Made by a program: the position numbers and the translations under genes. The notes beneath the pieces were generated by a model, which made no database searches, was not told where the DNA came from, and worked only from the letters and a program-made list of their open reading frames with translations. Shown here in pieces: positions 1-9,967 of a stretch of 64,000 bases of DNA. Source of the DNA: an uncultured Actinomycetes bacterium (GTDB lineage: Bacteria; Actinomycetota; Thermoleophilia; UBA2241); NCBI GenBank assembly GCA_963755025.1, contig CAVWIH010000024.1, forward strand, positions 1 to 64,000, given 5' to 3'. Position 1 is the stretch's first letter, and each line of letters starts with the position of its first letter.

Positions 1-646
1 GGGGTTGTGTTCCGCCAAGCCGGGGCCGGCAAGCGAGCGCTCCCGTGGCCACTTTGGCGCTCGGCCGCGATATCCCTTTCCACCGCTGGGGCCTAATTCG
101 CCGGGGACATCGAAGCCGGAAGATGAACGTCCAACCTCTTGGCCGTGGCATGAGCTCGGACGACCATTTTCCGAATTCGGCAGTGGCGCGCGTGTCCCAC
201 TTGAGGGCCCTCAGTCGGTCTGCTGCCTTTCCAGATGCCACGTATTTGGAAATCGCGGTCGTCGAGAGGTATTCGTCGTAGAGGAAGTACAGCCACGCCT
301 GATGAGAATCTGCGACGCATTGGGGTGGATTCATGGCCGTATACGTACCGTGCAACTGGACCATCCGTCGGCGCAGCCCATCATTGCGTTTTCGGCCGCG
401 CTGCTCCCTCTCCCCGCTCTGGAAGAGCCCTAGGGCCTTGGTGCGGTCGGCCGCAATGCTGGCCACGCGGTTGTTCGACCAGATCGACGTGTTGTTCTTC
501 TGGAACGCGGTCAAGTAAAGGGCTAGCTGCTGTCTCGGGGAAGGCGCGGTCGGCGTTGGGCTGGAAGAGCCCACGGCGGCACCACCCCCGCAGCCAGCGA
601 GCAGCAGCACGAGCCCGATCCCCAGCCAAGAGGACGTCCATCGCAT
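1..646 (-). CDS. Putative lipoprotein (runs off window edge or frameshifted near 3' end; absent from ORF track)
   Basis: Manual translation from ATG at 646: MRWTSSWLGIGLVLLLAGCGGGAAVGSSSPTPTAPS, a signal peptide with LAGC lipobox and Ser/Pro/Thr linker; GGGGTGG RBS-like motif upstream. Confidence 0.65.
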   Translation of the reverse strand, partial: MRWTSSWLGIGLVLLLAGCGGGAAVGSSSPTPTAPSPRQQLALYLTAFQKNNTSIWSNNRVASIAADRTKALGLFQSGEREQRGRKRNDGLRRRMVQLHGTYTAMNPPQCVADSHQAWLYFLYDEYLSTTAISKYVASGKAADRLRALKWDTRATAEFGKWSSELMPRPRGWTFIFRLRCPRRIRPQRWKGISRPSAKVATGALACRPRLGGTQP

Positions 647-886
647 ATGACCACCCCTGGATCCAATTGCTCGAGAACCCCCTCCTCGTGTCCTATCGGA
701 CTGCGAGTGCATAACATTGAATCGGGCCAAGCAGGGCGACGATCGCCTCCTAGAAACACCCCTCTCAGAAACGTGTCGTGGCCATCGGTGGCGCGCACGG
801 TGCAAGCCAGCTTGGGCTCCGATCTCCGGCTGGACGGGTTTGGCTTGCCAATGGCCTTGTGGGCGCACGCATCTTGGGCCCCCTGA

Positions 887-2390
887 TCAGCCGAGAGGGA
901 TGCTCCACACGCCGCCCGTCCGAGCGAACGACGGCGCGAAGGCGTTGGCCTCCGACTCGGCCAGATAGACGGCCATGGCCAGCGCCACCGCGGCGTCGAT
1001 CTTGGCGTCGTCGGTGACCTTCGTCAGGCGCCAGCCGTACGGCGTCGACTTCACGCCGGCGTTAATGACCTGCTCGCGCAGCACGCGCGAGCCGCCGTGC
1101 GCCAGCCGCCCCTCCTGCAGCACGTCGAACAGGGTCATGGCGGCGGAGCTCATGCGCTTGTTCTCCTGGGGGAACTCCTCGATGGGCACCTTGAAGTCGT
1201 GCTCGAGACGCAGCATGGAGCGCGTGAAGTAGTTGGGGTCGCAGCCCACGCGCACGACGTTGAGCTCGCGGCAGAGCTCGACGATCTTGGCCTCGACGGC
1301 CTCGTGGTCGATGTGGCCCATGGCGCCGTCCTTGCGCCAGATGTACGCCTCGACGTTGTGCACGGCCGGCCGGCGAACGCTGGTCGACCAAGAGCGCCGT
1401 CGAGTCGCGCGTCCAGGAGGCGTCGAGCGCCATCATGGTCGGCGTGTCGGGGTCGAAGGTCGGCAGCGCGTCGCAGGGATCCCAGAGGTCGGCCGGGTAG
1501 GCGCGGCTCGTGCCGCTGCGACGGGAAGCGGTTCAGGTGGAGGCGCTCGAAGACCGGGAACGGCAGCGTGCGGTACTGGTCGCGCAGCATGCGCGCGGTG
1601 ATCCAGCGCGCCGGGTTGGCGGCGCGCCAGACCTTCGGGTCGTGCCCGTCGTCGTCGTCCGACGGCGCCGGCCCAGTAGACGTAGGCGCGCGGGTCGCGG
1701 CGCGCCGGCCCGGCGTGCGGCCCGGGCTCGCCGAGCGTGTCGCGCAGCAGGTCCCAGAGTGGACCCTTGCGCTCCGGCCCGGCGGTCGAGATCGTGATGA
1801 GCAGACCCTGCTCGACGCCCACCATGCCCGACAGCAGGGCCTCGCGCATCGATGAGTCGCGGTGCACGTGGTACTCGTCGATGATCGCCGCCGTCGGGTG
1901 ATAGCCCTGGGCGGTGTCGGCGTCCCACGGCAGCACCCGGAACAGCGCGCCGGTCTCGGGGATCTCGAGCACGTTGCGGTAGACCTTGGTGACGCCGCGC
2001 AGCAGGTCGTCCATGAGCACCATGCGCTTGGCCTTCTCGAAGACGATGCCGGCCTGCTGGCGGGTGGTGGCGACGACGTAGTACTCGCCCTCGAAGGTCG
2101 GCTCGGTGTACATGAGCGTGAGCCCCAGCGCCGCGGCGAGCTGGCTCTTGCCGCCCCAGCGCGGCAGCCCGACGATGCCCTCGCGGTAGACGCGCCGGCC
2201 GCGCGCGTCGAGCGTGCCGAAGATGGGCCGCACGATGTTGTCGCGCTGGAAGGCCGCCAGGCGCATCGGCTTGCCGGCGAGCGCGCCGCCGGTGAAGCGC
2301 AGGTGCTCGAGCATGAACAGCTCGGCGACTCGACGCGGCGAGCTGGCCCTCGCGATCGCGCTCGAGCTCGCGGACGGTGCGGCGCGCCAT
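887..2390 (-). CDS. terL: Phage terminase large subunit (split by several frameshifts)
   Basis: Walker A-like LPRWGGKS, ATTRQQA, Walker B IIDEYH, TISTAG, WRAANP, and C-terminal nuclease motif KIDAAVALAMA spread over ORFs 1433-2314, 1150-2589 and 887-1363. Confidence 0.9.
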
Positions 2391-2693
2391 CAGTCGCCCA
2401 GCCCGGTGAGGTCGGCCGGCGCCCAGCCCGGCGGAAGGAATCGTTTGCGCCGCTTTTCGCCGGCGCCGCGGCGCCGGCACCGGCGGCCTCGGCGTCGCGG
2501 CGCTCGACCTCGGCGGTGAGGCGCTCGATGTCGCGGATGATGACCGTGGTCTCCGGGAAGACGAGCTCGCGCTTGGCCTCGATCGACAAGGCGACCTCGA
2601 GCCGCCGACACTCGACGCCCAGCAGGAAGCGCAGGACCTCGGTCGGCTGGGTGAGGTCCGGCGGTTCGCCGGCCTTCGGGGCGGTCGGTCACG
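2390..2693 (-). CDS. Phage hypothetical protein (frameshifted)
   Basis: Coding-like stretch (PTEVLRFLLGVECRRLEVALSIEAKRELVFPETTVIIRDIERL) packed between HNH and terL. Confidence 0.45.
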
Positions 2694-2974
2694 AGAAGGC
2701 CCCCAGCGATCGCCCGCGCGCGTCGGCGACCAACTGCATGTGCCACCACATGTTGCGGTTGCGGGACCCCGGGATGGAACAGGACGTGGCAGTCGTTGCA
2801 GAGCACCATCATGTTGGCCGGCTCGATCGCCAGCTCCGAGCAGATGCCGGTCTCCGACACCGGGATGATGTGGTGCACGTGCTCGATGTCCGGCTCGCCG
2901 CAGGACTCGCAGCGGAAGTCGCGCGCCTCGAGCACGTCGGCCACGACGGAGATGTAGAGCCGCGCCCGGCTCAC
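2690..2974 (-). CDS. HNH endonuclease (terminase-associated)
   Basis: RDFRCESCG...HVHHIIP...NMMVLCNDCHVLFH motif; 3' end uncertain because of indels. Confidence 0.85.
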
Positions 2975-3478
2975 TTGGCGCCCTTGGCGAGCTCGCCGAC
3001 CAGGCGGTCGCGGATACCGAGCACGAGGCTGGCACCGGCGACTTCCTGAGGCCCGCGCGGATCCGCGCCGAGGGGTTCAAGCCCGAGCACGTCGGCAAGC
3101 TGGCGCATCGTTTGCGCGGCGTCCTTCTGCACCCGGATGAGCGGGTTCACCATCGGCCCACGATCGCCGGCGACCAGCATGCCGAGCCGATGGATCTGCG
3201 CCGACAGCCTCCTCGTGGAGAGCAGATCGCCTCGCAGGTACGCCTTGAGCAGGATGAGGTCGGTCTCGCGAAGGTGACGGTTGGCGGCCATCTCGGCGAC
3301 GCAGGCGTTCCACAGCGGCGCGACCGCGGCCGGCAGCCCGTCCGGCGGATCGGCCTCGACCACCGCGGCCGGCGCCGGCAGCGCGCGAGCCGGTCGCCGG
3401 CTTGGCGCGGCCGACTGCCGCGCGGTTACCCGTGCCACGGCGCTCACGTCCGGGATCCGGCGGTCTACCCTTCGCCAC
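2971..3478 (-). CDS. terS: Phage terminase small subunit, P27-like (frameshifted)
   Basis: MAKGRPPDP start, PPDGL..W, NPLIRVQ and LGLxPxAR-like motifs; position upstream of HNH/terL. Confidence 0.75.
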
Positions 3479-4845
3479 GCTCGAGCACCGCCTTGCCGCC
3501 GGTCGCCTTCTCCCAGCGCCGCACGATGACGTCGACGTAGCCGGGATCGAGCTCGCAGCCGACACAGCGCCGGCCCTGGGTCTCGGCGGCGATGAGCGTC
3601 GAGCCCGACCCGAGGAACGGGTCGTAGACGAGCTCGCCCTTCTTGGTCGAGTTCACGACGAAGCGCGCCAGGAGACCGACCGGCTTCATGGTGGGGTGCT
3701 CCGTGGACTTGGCCGGCCGATCGTGGCGGATGACCGTGGTCTCGCGGTAGAGGTCGCGCAGGAGCTCGAGCGCCTGCTCGCCGGTCATGGCGTCGAGGTC
3801 CGGCGCCTCGTCGGCGATGAGAGCCGACCGCTTGCGGCCGCCGTACCAGCCGTGCTTGCCGCCCTGCTTCCAGCCGTAGAGCACCGGCTCGTGCTGCGAG
3901 AGGTAGTCCATGTGGCCGAGCGTGATGCGCTGCTTCACCCAGACCAGCGTCTGGTGGACGAGGAACCCGGCGCGCGCCATCGACGCCTCGAAGAGCAGGC
4001 GCTTCACGTCGGCGTGGAAGACGTAGGCGCCGGCGCCCTCGGCGGCGTGCGCGAAGGCGAGCGCGAGCGAGTCTTTGACGAGCGCCTCGAGCACCGGGTC
4101 GGAGACGTCGTCGCCGGCGATCGCGCGATGGCGCGGCGGGACCTTGCCCTGGTCGCGCATCGTCTTGTCGAGCGAGTCGACGTAGGCCACGCCGTACGGC
4201 GGGTCGGTGATGATGCACTGGCAGAGACTCGTCGCCGAAGAGGCGCGCCACCGCGCCGGCGTCGGTGCTCGAGGCGCAGATGACGCGGTGCGGACCGCAG
4301 ACCCACAGGTCGCCCGGCGCCGACACCGGGTCGAGCGGGACCTCGCCCGGGTCGTCGGCGCCGGCGCCGAGGTCGAGCGCCGGCAGCCCGTCGAAGCCGA
4401 TGCGAATTGAGGTCGAAGCCGAGCGCGTCGAGGTCGCCGAGCTGCTCGGCGAGCACCGCCTCGTCCCAGGTCGCGAGCTCGGCCGTGCGGTTGTCGGCGA
4501 GCGCGTACGCCTTGGCCTGCTCGGCGGTCCAGTCGTCGGGCACGACGGTGATGACGATCTCGGTCAGGAGCGCGCGGAGCGATACGCCTTCGCCTGCTCT
4601 GGACAGTGTTGGCACGACGGTGATGACGATCTCGTCCAGCCCAGCGAGCGCGCCGCCTCGAGCGTGCCGTTGCCGGCGATGACCATGGTCTGACCGGCGG
4701 CGCGCCGGCAGACAAGCGGCCGGCGCTGGCCGAACTGCCGCAGGCTCCCGGCAATCGCCTCGAGGTTGCGCGTGCCGTGCTTGCGCGCGTTGGCCGGGTC
4801 GAGCGACAGTGCGCCGACGGGCACGGTCTCGAGGGTCAGGGACAT
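3465..4845 (-). CDS. Phage DNA methylase with ParB-like N-terminus (N4/N6 type; frameshifted)
   Basis: N-terminal DPANARKH/LADNRTAE; GDLWVCGPHR; TDPPYG; HPTMKPV; DPFLGSGSTLIA; ELDP. Confidence 0.9.
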
Positions 4846-5199
4846 CAGCGAACCTCCGGGAAGTAGCGGTCCATGGCGTCGAGCATCGCCTCGCCGACCT
4901 TGCCGCAGCGCCAGGCGAACTCGACCCGCGCCTCGCGGCTCAGACGGATGAAGGCGCCCGCGATGCCACGACCCTCGAGGATCGCGTGCATACCTGGGAG
5001 TCGCCGTCCGCCGGCGCCAGCGACGGGGTATTGGTTTGCGCGGGAAGGCCCGAGGGCTTCTACGCCCGATCTCCTGCTCGCGCAAACGCTGGCGGTAGGC
5101 CGCTTGCCTACAGGCGCAGGAGCAATAGCTCGCCGCGGGGCCGCGCGACCGGCGCGAAGGCAGGGGCTGCCGACAATGGGCACAGAGCGTGAAAGCCAT
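4845..5199 (-). CDS. Hypothetical protein with N-terminal Zn-finger (frameshifted)
   Basis: CAHC...YCSCACRQAAYRQR motif typical of phage small Zn-ribbon proteins; C-terminal half is in another frame. Confidence 0.55.
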
Positions 5200-5312
5200 G
5201 AGCGCATCATGAGAAACGCGTCACGCCGCGCGGGAGGCTGCCGCTGCCGGAGGGCACATCGGGGATCGGGCATAAGCCCGCGGCGGAGTCGGTTATGCTC
5301 CTGTCGCGGGAA

Positions 5313-6668
5313 TCACGCGCAGTGCCAGCTGGACGGCGTACCTTCCCCAGGCCGACTGGCGAGACGAAACGCGAGAATCTGCAGGTCGTCTTCCAGGCGA
5401 CCTGCGAACTCAAGCGCCGTATCCCGCAAGTGAGTCACGATGTCGTGAGGGCCGAAGCCCGGGGTGGATCCCAGCGCGTCCAGGACGCCCTGCTCGCCCA
5501 AGATCTCGCCGTTTTGTTTCGCCTCCGTGAGGCCGTCGGTGAAAAGGACCACGCAGTCATCTTCTGCGAGCGTGATGTGGCGTGTCATGTACTCACAAGG
5601 GAACGTGCCGAGCGGGAGGCCAAAATCGGTCTCCAGGAATCTCCACGAGGACGGTCTGACAACCAGCGGTGCAGGATGTCCCGCGCTGGCATAGCTCGCG
5701 TCGCGAGTGACCAAGTTCACCGTGAGCACAAAGAGGGTCACGAGCTGCTCGTCCGAGGCGTCACGCTTCAGAAGCAACTCGTTGATCTTGCGCAGCATGA
5801 ACGCCGGCGCAGCATCGATGAGGGCGAAGCAGCCGACCGCAGTGCGCACCGTTTCGGTCATGCCGGCTGCTCGTACACCTTTGCCCTCAACATCGCCGAG
5901 GAGAATGACGACCCTGCCGTCTGACAGGCTAAAGATGTCGTGGAAGTCGCCGCCTACAAGTTCGGGTTCGTAGGCGGTCTCTGTGACCGTTGCCACCTCG
6001 AGACCGTCGACTGCGGGGAGCGAGTGAATGAAGTTCTCCTGCAGGGTAACCGCTACGCGGCGCTCTGCTTGCAAGAGGTCGTGCTGAGCCTTGCGCTCGA
6101 GTTCATAGCGTTCCGCAGCCCAGACTGCGCTCGTGGCCTGCGAGGCGAGCAGGCGAAAGACGCCTAAGTCGTCCGAATGCGGCCAAGCCTGCCTGCGACC
6201 GAATCCAATGAGCAGGCCCTTCAGTCGCATCCCTTCGACCACCAGGGGCGCGACCCAGGCCTCGGCGTATCCATGCGAAGCGCAGAGTTCGGCAAGGTCG
6301 GCGGAGCCCAGCGCGGCGACCTCGACGACGCACGGGCCGCCGAGCTCCAGATCCAGCGACGCGATGTCGATCGGTCTCAGGCGCACATCGAAGGTCCCAT
6401 CGGGCATCCCCTCGATCGCTACGGCGCGTAGATCGCCGGCGCCTTCGGTTCTCATGAACAGCACGAACGCCGGCATCCCCGTGAGGATGCATCCGTATTC
6501 GACCACCTGTGAGGCGGCGTCTTCGATCGACAGCGTTGAGGTCAGCAGGCTCCCGAGACGGATGAGAGCTTCGAGCGTGCCTGCGTCGGGGACGCTCGGG
6601 TGGCTCCCGCGGTCAGAGAGTCGCCGAAGTGGAGCACTTGCGTGCGATTGGCCGGATGCTACTGACAC
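5313..6668 (-). CDS. GAF-domain SpoIIE/RsbU-type PP2C phosphatase
   Basis: N-terminal GAF-like region; VGGDFHD, LGDVEGKG, SAGHP, LFTDGLTE, EDD motifs. Confidence 0.9.
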   Translation of the reverse strand: MSVASGQSHASAPLRRLSDRGSHPSVPDAGTLEALIRLGSLLTSTLSIEDAASQVVEYGCILTGMPAFVLFMRTEGAGDLRAVAIEGMPDGTFDVRLRPIDIASLDLELGGPCVVEVAALGSADLAELCASHGYAEAWVAPLVVEGMRLKGLLIGFGRRQAWPHSDDLGVFRLLASQATSAVWAAERYELERKAQHDLLQAERRVAVTLQENFIHSLPAVDGLEVATVTETAYEPELVGGDFHDIFSLSDGRVVILLGDVEGKGVRAAGMTETVRTAVGCFALIDAAPAFMLRKINELLLKRDASDEQLVTLFVLTVNLVTRDASYASAGHPAPLVVRPSSWRFLETDFGLPLGTFPCEYMTRHITLAEDDCVVLFTDGLTEAKQNGEILGEQGVLDALGSTPGFGPHDIVTHLRDTALEFAGRLEDDLQILAFRLASRPGEGTPSSWHCA

Positions 6669-6681
6669 GTCTGACCCGCAC

Positions 6682-8081
6682 TTAATAGGCAGGGAAGTCC
6701 GAGAAGGATTCTCCGAGAACGACGCCGTCTGGGGTAATGGTGAACTCTCTAATCGACGGGTCGTGGTCGCTCGCCCTGGTCTTGATCACGGAGATGGCGC
6801 GCCTGATCTGCGAGTCGGCGCGCACGTAGCTGAGCAGCAGCACGTTGTCGGACATGTGGCTGATGCCCTGGCGGGAGAGCACGGTGGTGGCGAACAGGTC
6901 GCCGATCTCGTGGGTCATGAAGGTGGAGACGCCGTTGACGGCCATGGCCTGGGTGAGCGAGTACATGAAGTCGCGAAAGCGGCCGTCGCTCGGCGAGGCG
7001 GCCTGCAGGTCGTTGACGCTGTCGATGAGCACGCGCTGGGCGCCCTCGTGCAGGGCCCGGCGCGACACCCGGCTCACGAACTCGTCGATGTAGATGTCGA
7101 CCGGCGAGACGTACATGAGCGTGAGCATACCCGCGGCGACGGCCTCCTCGATGTCCCAGCCGAAGCCTTTGGCGATGCGCTGCAGCTGGGTGGGGTTCTC
7201 CTGCATGGTGGCGATCAGGCCTCTCTCGCCCATCTCGATGCCCTTGAAGATGAAGTGCAGGCCGAGCAGCGTCTTGCCGCTGCCGGGAGGGCCGAAGGCC
7301 AGCGTCGAGCTGCCCTTCCAAAGGCCTTCGGAAAGCATGCCGTCGAGTGCGGCGACCCCGGTCGCGCTGCGCGCTGCGGCGAGATCGTAGTCGACCGGCA
7401 CGTCGGGCGTGGTGAGGCGCGGGAAGAGCTCGATGCCGCTGCTGCCTATGCGGAAGGCGTGCTCGCCGCCGAAGAAGGCGCTGCCCCGCAGCTTGGTGAC
7501 GCGCAGGTAGCGCACGTCGCCCACGCCGATCTTGTCGAGCACGAGCTCGACGATGCTGTCGGTCACGGCGAACTCGGGCAGCGCGGGGATCTCGTCGGCG
7601 CCGTACTCGCCCACCCAGAACGAGGTGATGGCCAGCGACGAGAGCACCGAGGTCAGGACCGAGAGGCTGGCGCGGAACTCCTGCTCGGAGTCGGTGAACG
7701 AGTGCAGCGCCTTGAAGCTGTCGATCACCAGGAACGATGGCTGATGCTGCTTGATGAGGGCGACCAGCTCGTCGACGGCGGCGACCAGACCGCGTGTCCG
7801 CAGCGGCTCGCTCAGCTCCTGGTAGACGATCGCCTCGCCGATCTGGCTCGCGTCGAAGTAGTCGAACTCCTGCACGTAGCGCAGCATGCGATCGAGCGGC
7901 TCGGAGACCGTGCTGACGTAAAGCACGGGGTGTTCGGCGGAGGCGTTGTGAAAGGCGATGCTCTGGGCGAGCACCGTCTTGCCGGTGCCCGGCATGCCCA
8001 TGAGAAGGTTGGTGGAGTTCACGGGAAAACCGCCGCCCAGGATAGATCGAGGGCTTCATTGCCGCTTTCGATGCGTCTCAT
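6682..8081 (-). CDS. KaiC-like double-domain RecA-superfamily ATPase (frameshift near start)
   Basis: Two ATPase domains with GMPGTGKT and GPPGSGKT, VIDS/LIDS Walker B, KLRG/KTRA motifs; likely true start MRRIESGNEALD at 8081. Confidence 0.9.
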
Positions 8082-8097
8082 TGTGCGAGAGCTCCCT

Positions 8098-8757
8098 TCA
8101 GGTTCGCGAAGCCACGGGCTCGCGCACCAGCATGTTCTTGACGAGCTCGATCAGCGCCGGCTGTTCGAGCGGCTTGAGCAGGAAGGCGTCGGCGCCTGCC
8201 GCCAGGGCGCGCTCGCGTACGTCGAGCACGCTGAAGACGAGCACGGGGATCGAGGCGGTCTCAGGGTCGGCCTTGAGCGCCTGGCAGACCTTGAGGCCGT
8301 TCACGCCGGGCAGGATGACGTCGACGATGATGAGGTCGGGTTGCACTTCCCTGGCCATGTCGAGCGCCTTGCTGCCGTCGAGCACGACGACGACGTCGTA
8401 GCCTTCGTTGTGCAGGAAGAACTGCTCGAGCTCGGCGGTGATGGGGTCGCGCTCGGCGACTAAGACGATGATGGCGCCTCTGCGCGCGGCCTCACGTGCG
8501 ACCCCTCCAATCTCGCGAAGATCGTGCTCGAGCAGACGGTGCGCGGCTCCTGCCTGCAGGCCCTCATCGACCTTGGCCTTGAGAAAGCGCAGCCGCTCGA
8601 CGTCTTCCTGACTGTACAAGCGATGCCCGCCCGCGGTGCGCAGGGGCACCACGACGCCGTACTGCTTCTCCCAGTAGCGCAGCGTGGTGACGGGAATGCC
8701 CGTCATCTCGCTGACGGCGTTGATGGCGTAGATTGCAATGTCGGACCTGGAATCCAA
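8098..8757 (-). CDS. MerR-type HTH + response regulator receiver protein
   Basis: TLRYWEKQYG..RTAGGHRLYS MerR HTH; receiver motifs PDLIIVDVILPGVNG and FLLKP. Confidence 0.9.
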   Translation of the reverse strand: MDSRSDIAIYAINAVSEMTGIPVTTLRYWEKQYGVVVPLRTAGGHRLYSQEDVERLRFLKAKVDEGLQAGAAHRLLEHDLREIGGVAREAARRGAIIVLVAERDPITAELEQFFLHNEGYDVVVVLDGSKALDMAREVQPDLIIVDVILPGVNGLKVCQALKADPETASIPVLVFSVLDVRERALAAGADAFLLKPLEQPALIELVKNMLVREPVASRT

Positions 8758-9206
8758 GCGACGTCCACCCCTGTGGGAAGTCCATGGTTTGAATGCGCGA
8801 ACGAACTTCGAGCCATCCTAGAGTCAACGTCGGAAATCTTCAAGGGGGACTCGCGTTGCATTCTCAATGTGAGGCTGGGGCCGTGGGAACCCGTCACACA
8901 CGAACCCAGAACCCGTCGCCACGAAAACGCCCATTTTCGGGATTTCACAAGGGCGCCGGGCGGGCAGGGTCGGGCATTCGGCGTTACAGTGATTGACCCC
9001 CATACCCCACGTCGACGCGATCAGCGTCTGCGGACCGGGGAGGGGCAATGGTACCTCGGGGTAGGAACCTCCCCGCCGCCGGCGCCGTGTGCGTGCACAG
9101 AGAGGACCACTCCGGGCGGCGCCAGCGGCGCGCAGAACGCACATGGAGAGTTCCAAGACGCGCTGTAGAGTGATGCCAGCAGGTGGCGACCGCAGGGGGA
9201 ATCGGC

Positions 9207-9721
9207 ATGGACACAGCGTGGCAGGAGACCTTTCTTCACCGCATGCGGCGCTTCGCGGCGCCACAAGAGCACGAAGAGGACGACGTGCCGGTCTCGATCA
9301 AGGTGCGCGTCGCGTCGGGTGTTTTCACCGAGAGCACTCACCGCGTGCCTATCGCATGGTCGACCACTACATGGACGACCTGCGCCCCGACGAAGTTGAC
9401 TTCGCTCTCGAGGAACACGAGAGCGGTCCCGAGGTCCTGGTCTGGGTCGCGGTCGCGACCGCCGGGATCACGTTAGCGAAGAGCGTCGTCGACCTCATCA
9501 CGGTCGACTTTCAAGGGCCGCTCCGAAGGGGTAGTGAAGGCCGGCGACCGGCCGTCCCATCCGCTGGAGCTAATCGTTCGCCGAGTAGCAGAAGCGAGGC
9601 GTCCGACAGGACCCGTCCTGCGCGGCCACAAGACGACGACGACGACACGCGATCGATCGAGCGCGTGCTCACCGACGCGCTTCAGCGCCTCCTCGAGCAG
9701 CCGAGCGACCAGGGCAGGTAG
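9207..9721 (+). CDS. Hypothetical protein (frameshifted)
   Basis: Coding-like segments (MDTAWQETF...VSIKVRV; CFHREHSPRAY...EHESGPEVL; PLELIVRR) in shifting frames with GGGG RBS upstream. Confidence 0.5.
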
Positions 9722-9967
9722 CGAGAAAGTCGACGGCGAATTCCCGGTCGCTGGTGAGGTCTCAGAGCGCGCGGGTCGTCGGTTCTGGCTCCAGGCCAGC
9801 ACTCCGGCGTGCGGCCTGTCCGGTCTGCCGCTCCTGTCGCGCAGCCGACCATCGTGGTAGCCTCTGCCCGTGGCCGATAACACCCTCTTCTACGGCGACC
9901 ACCTCGGCGGACTGGTTGGGCATGACGGCGACCGGTTCGTCGAGCTGTCCGGCTCGGGCTCCTTCTC

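Noticed and set aside
6682-8081. Circadian clock (kaiABC)
   Set aside because: No kaiA or kaiB, and the canonical ST phosphosite pair is not conserved
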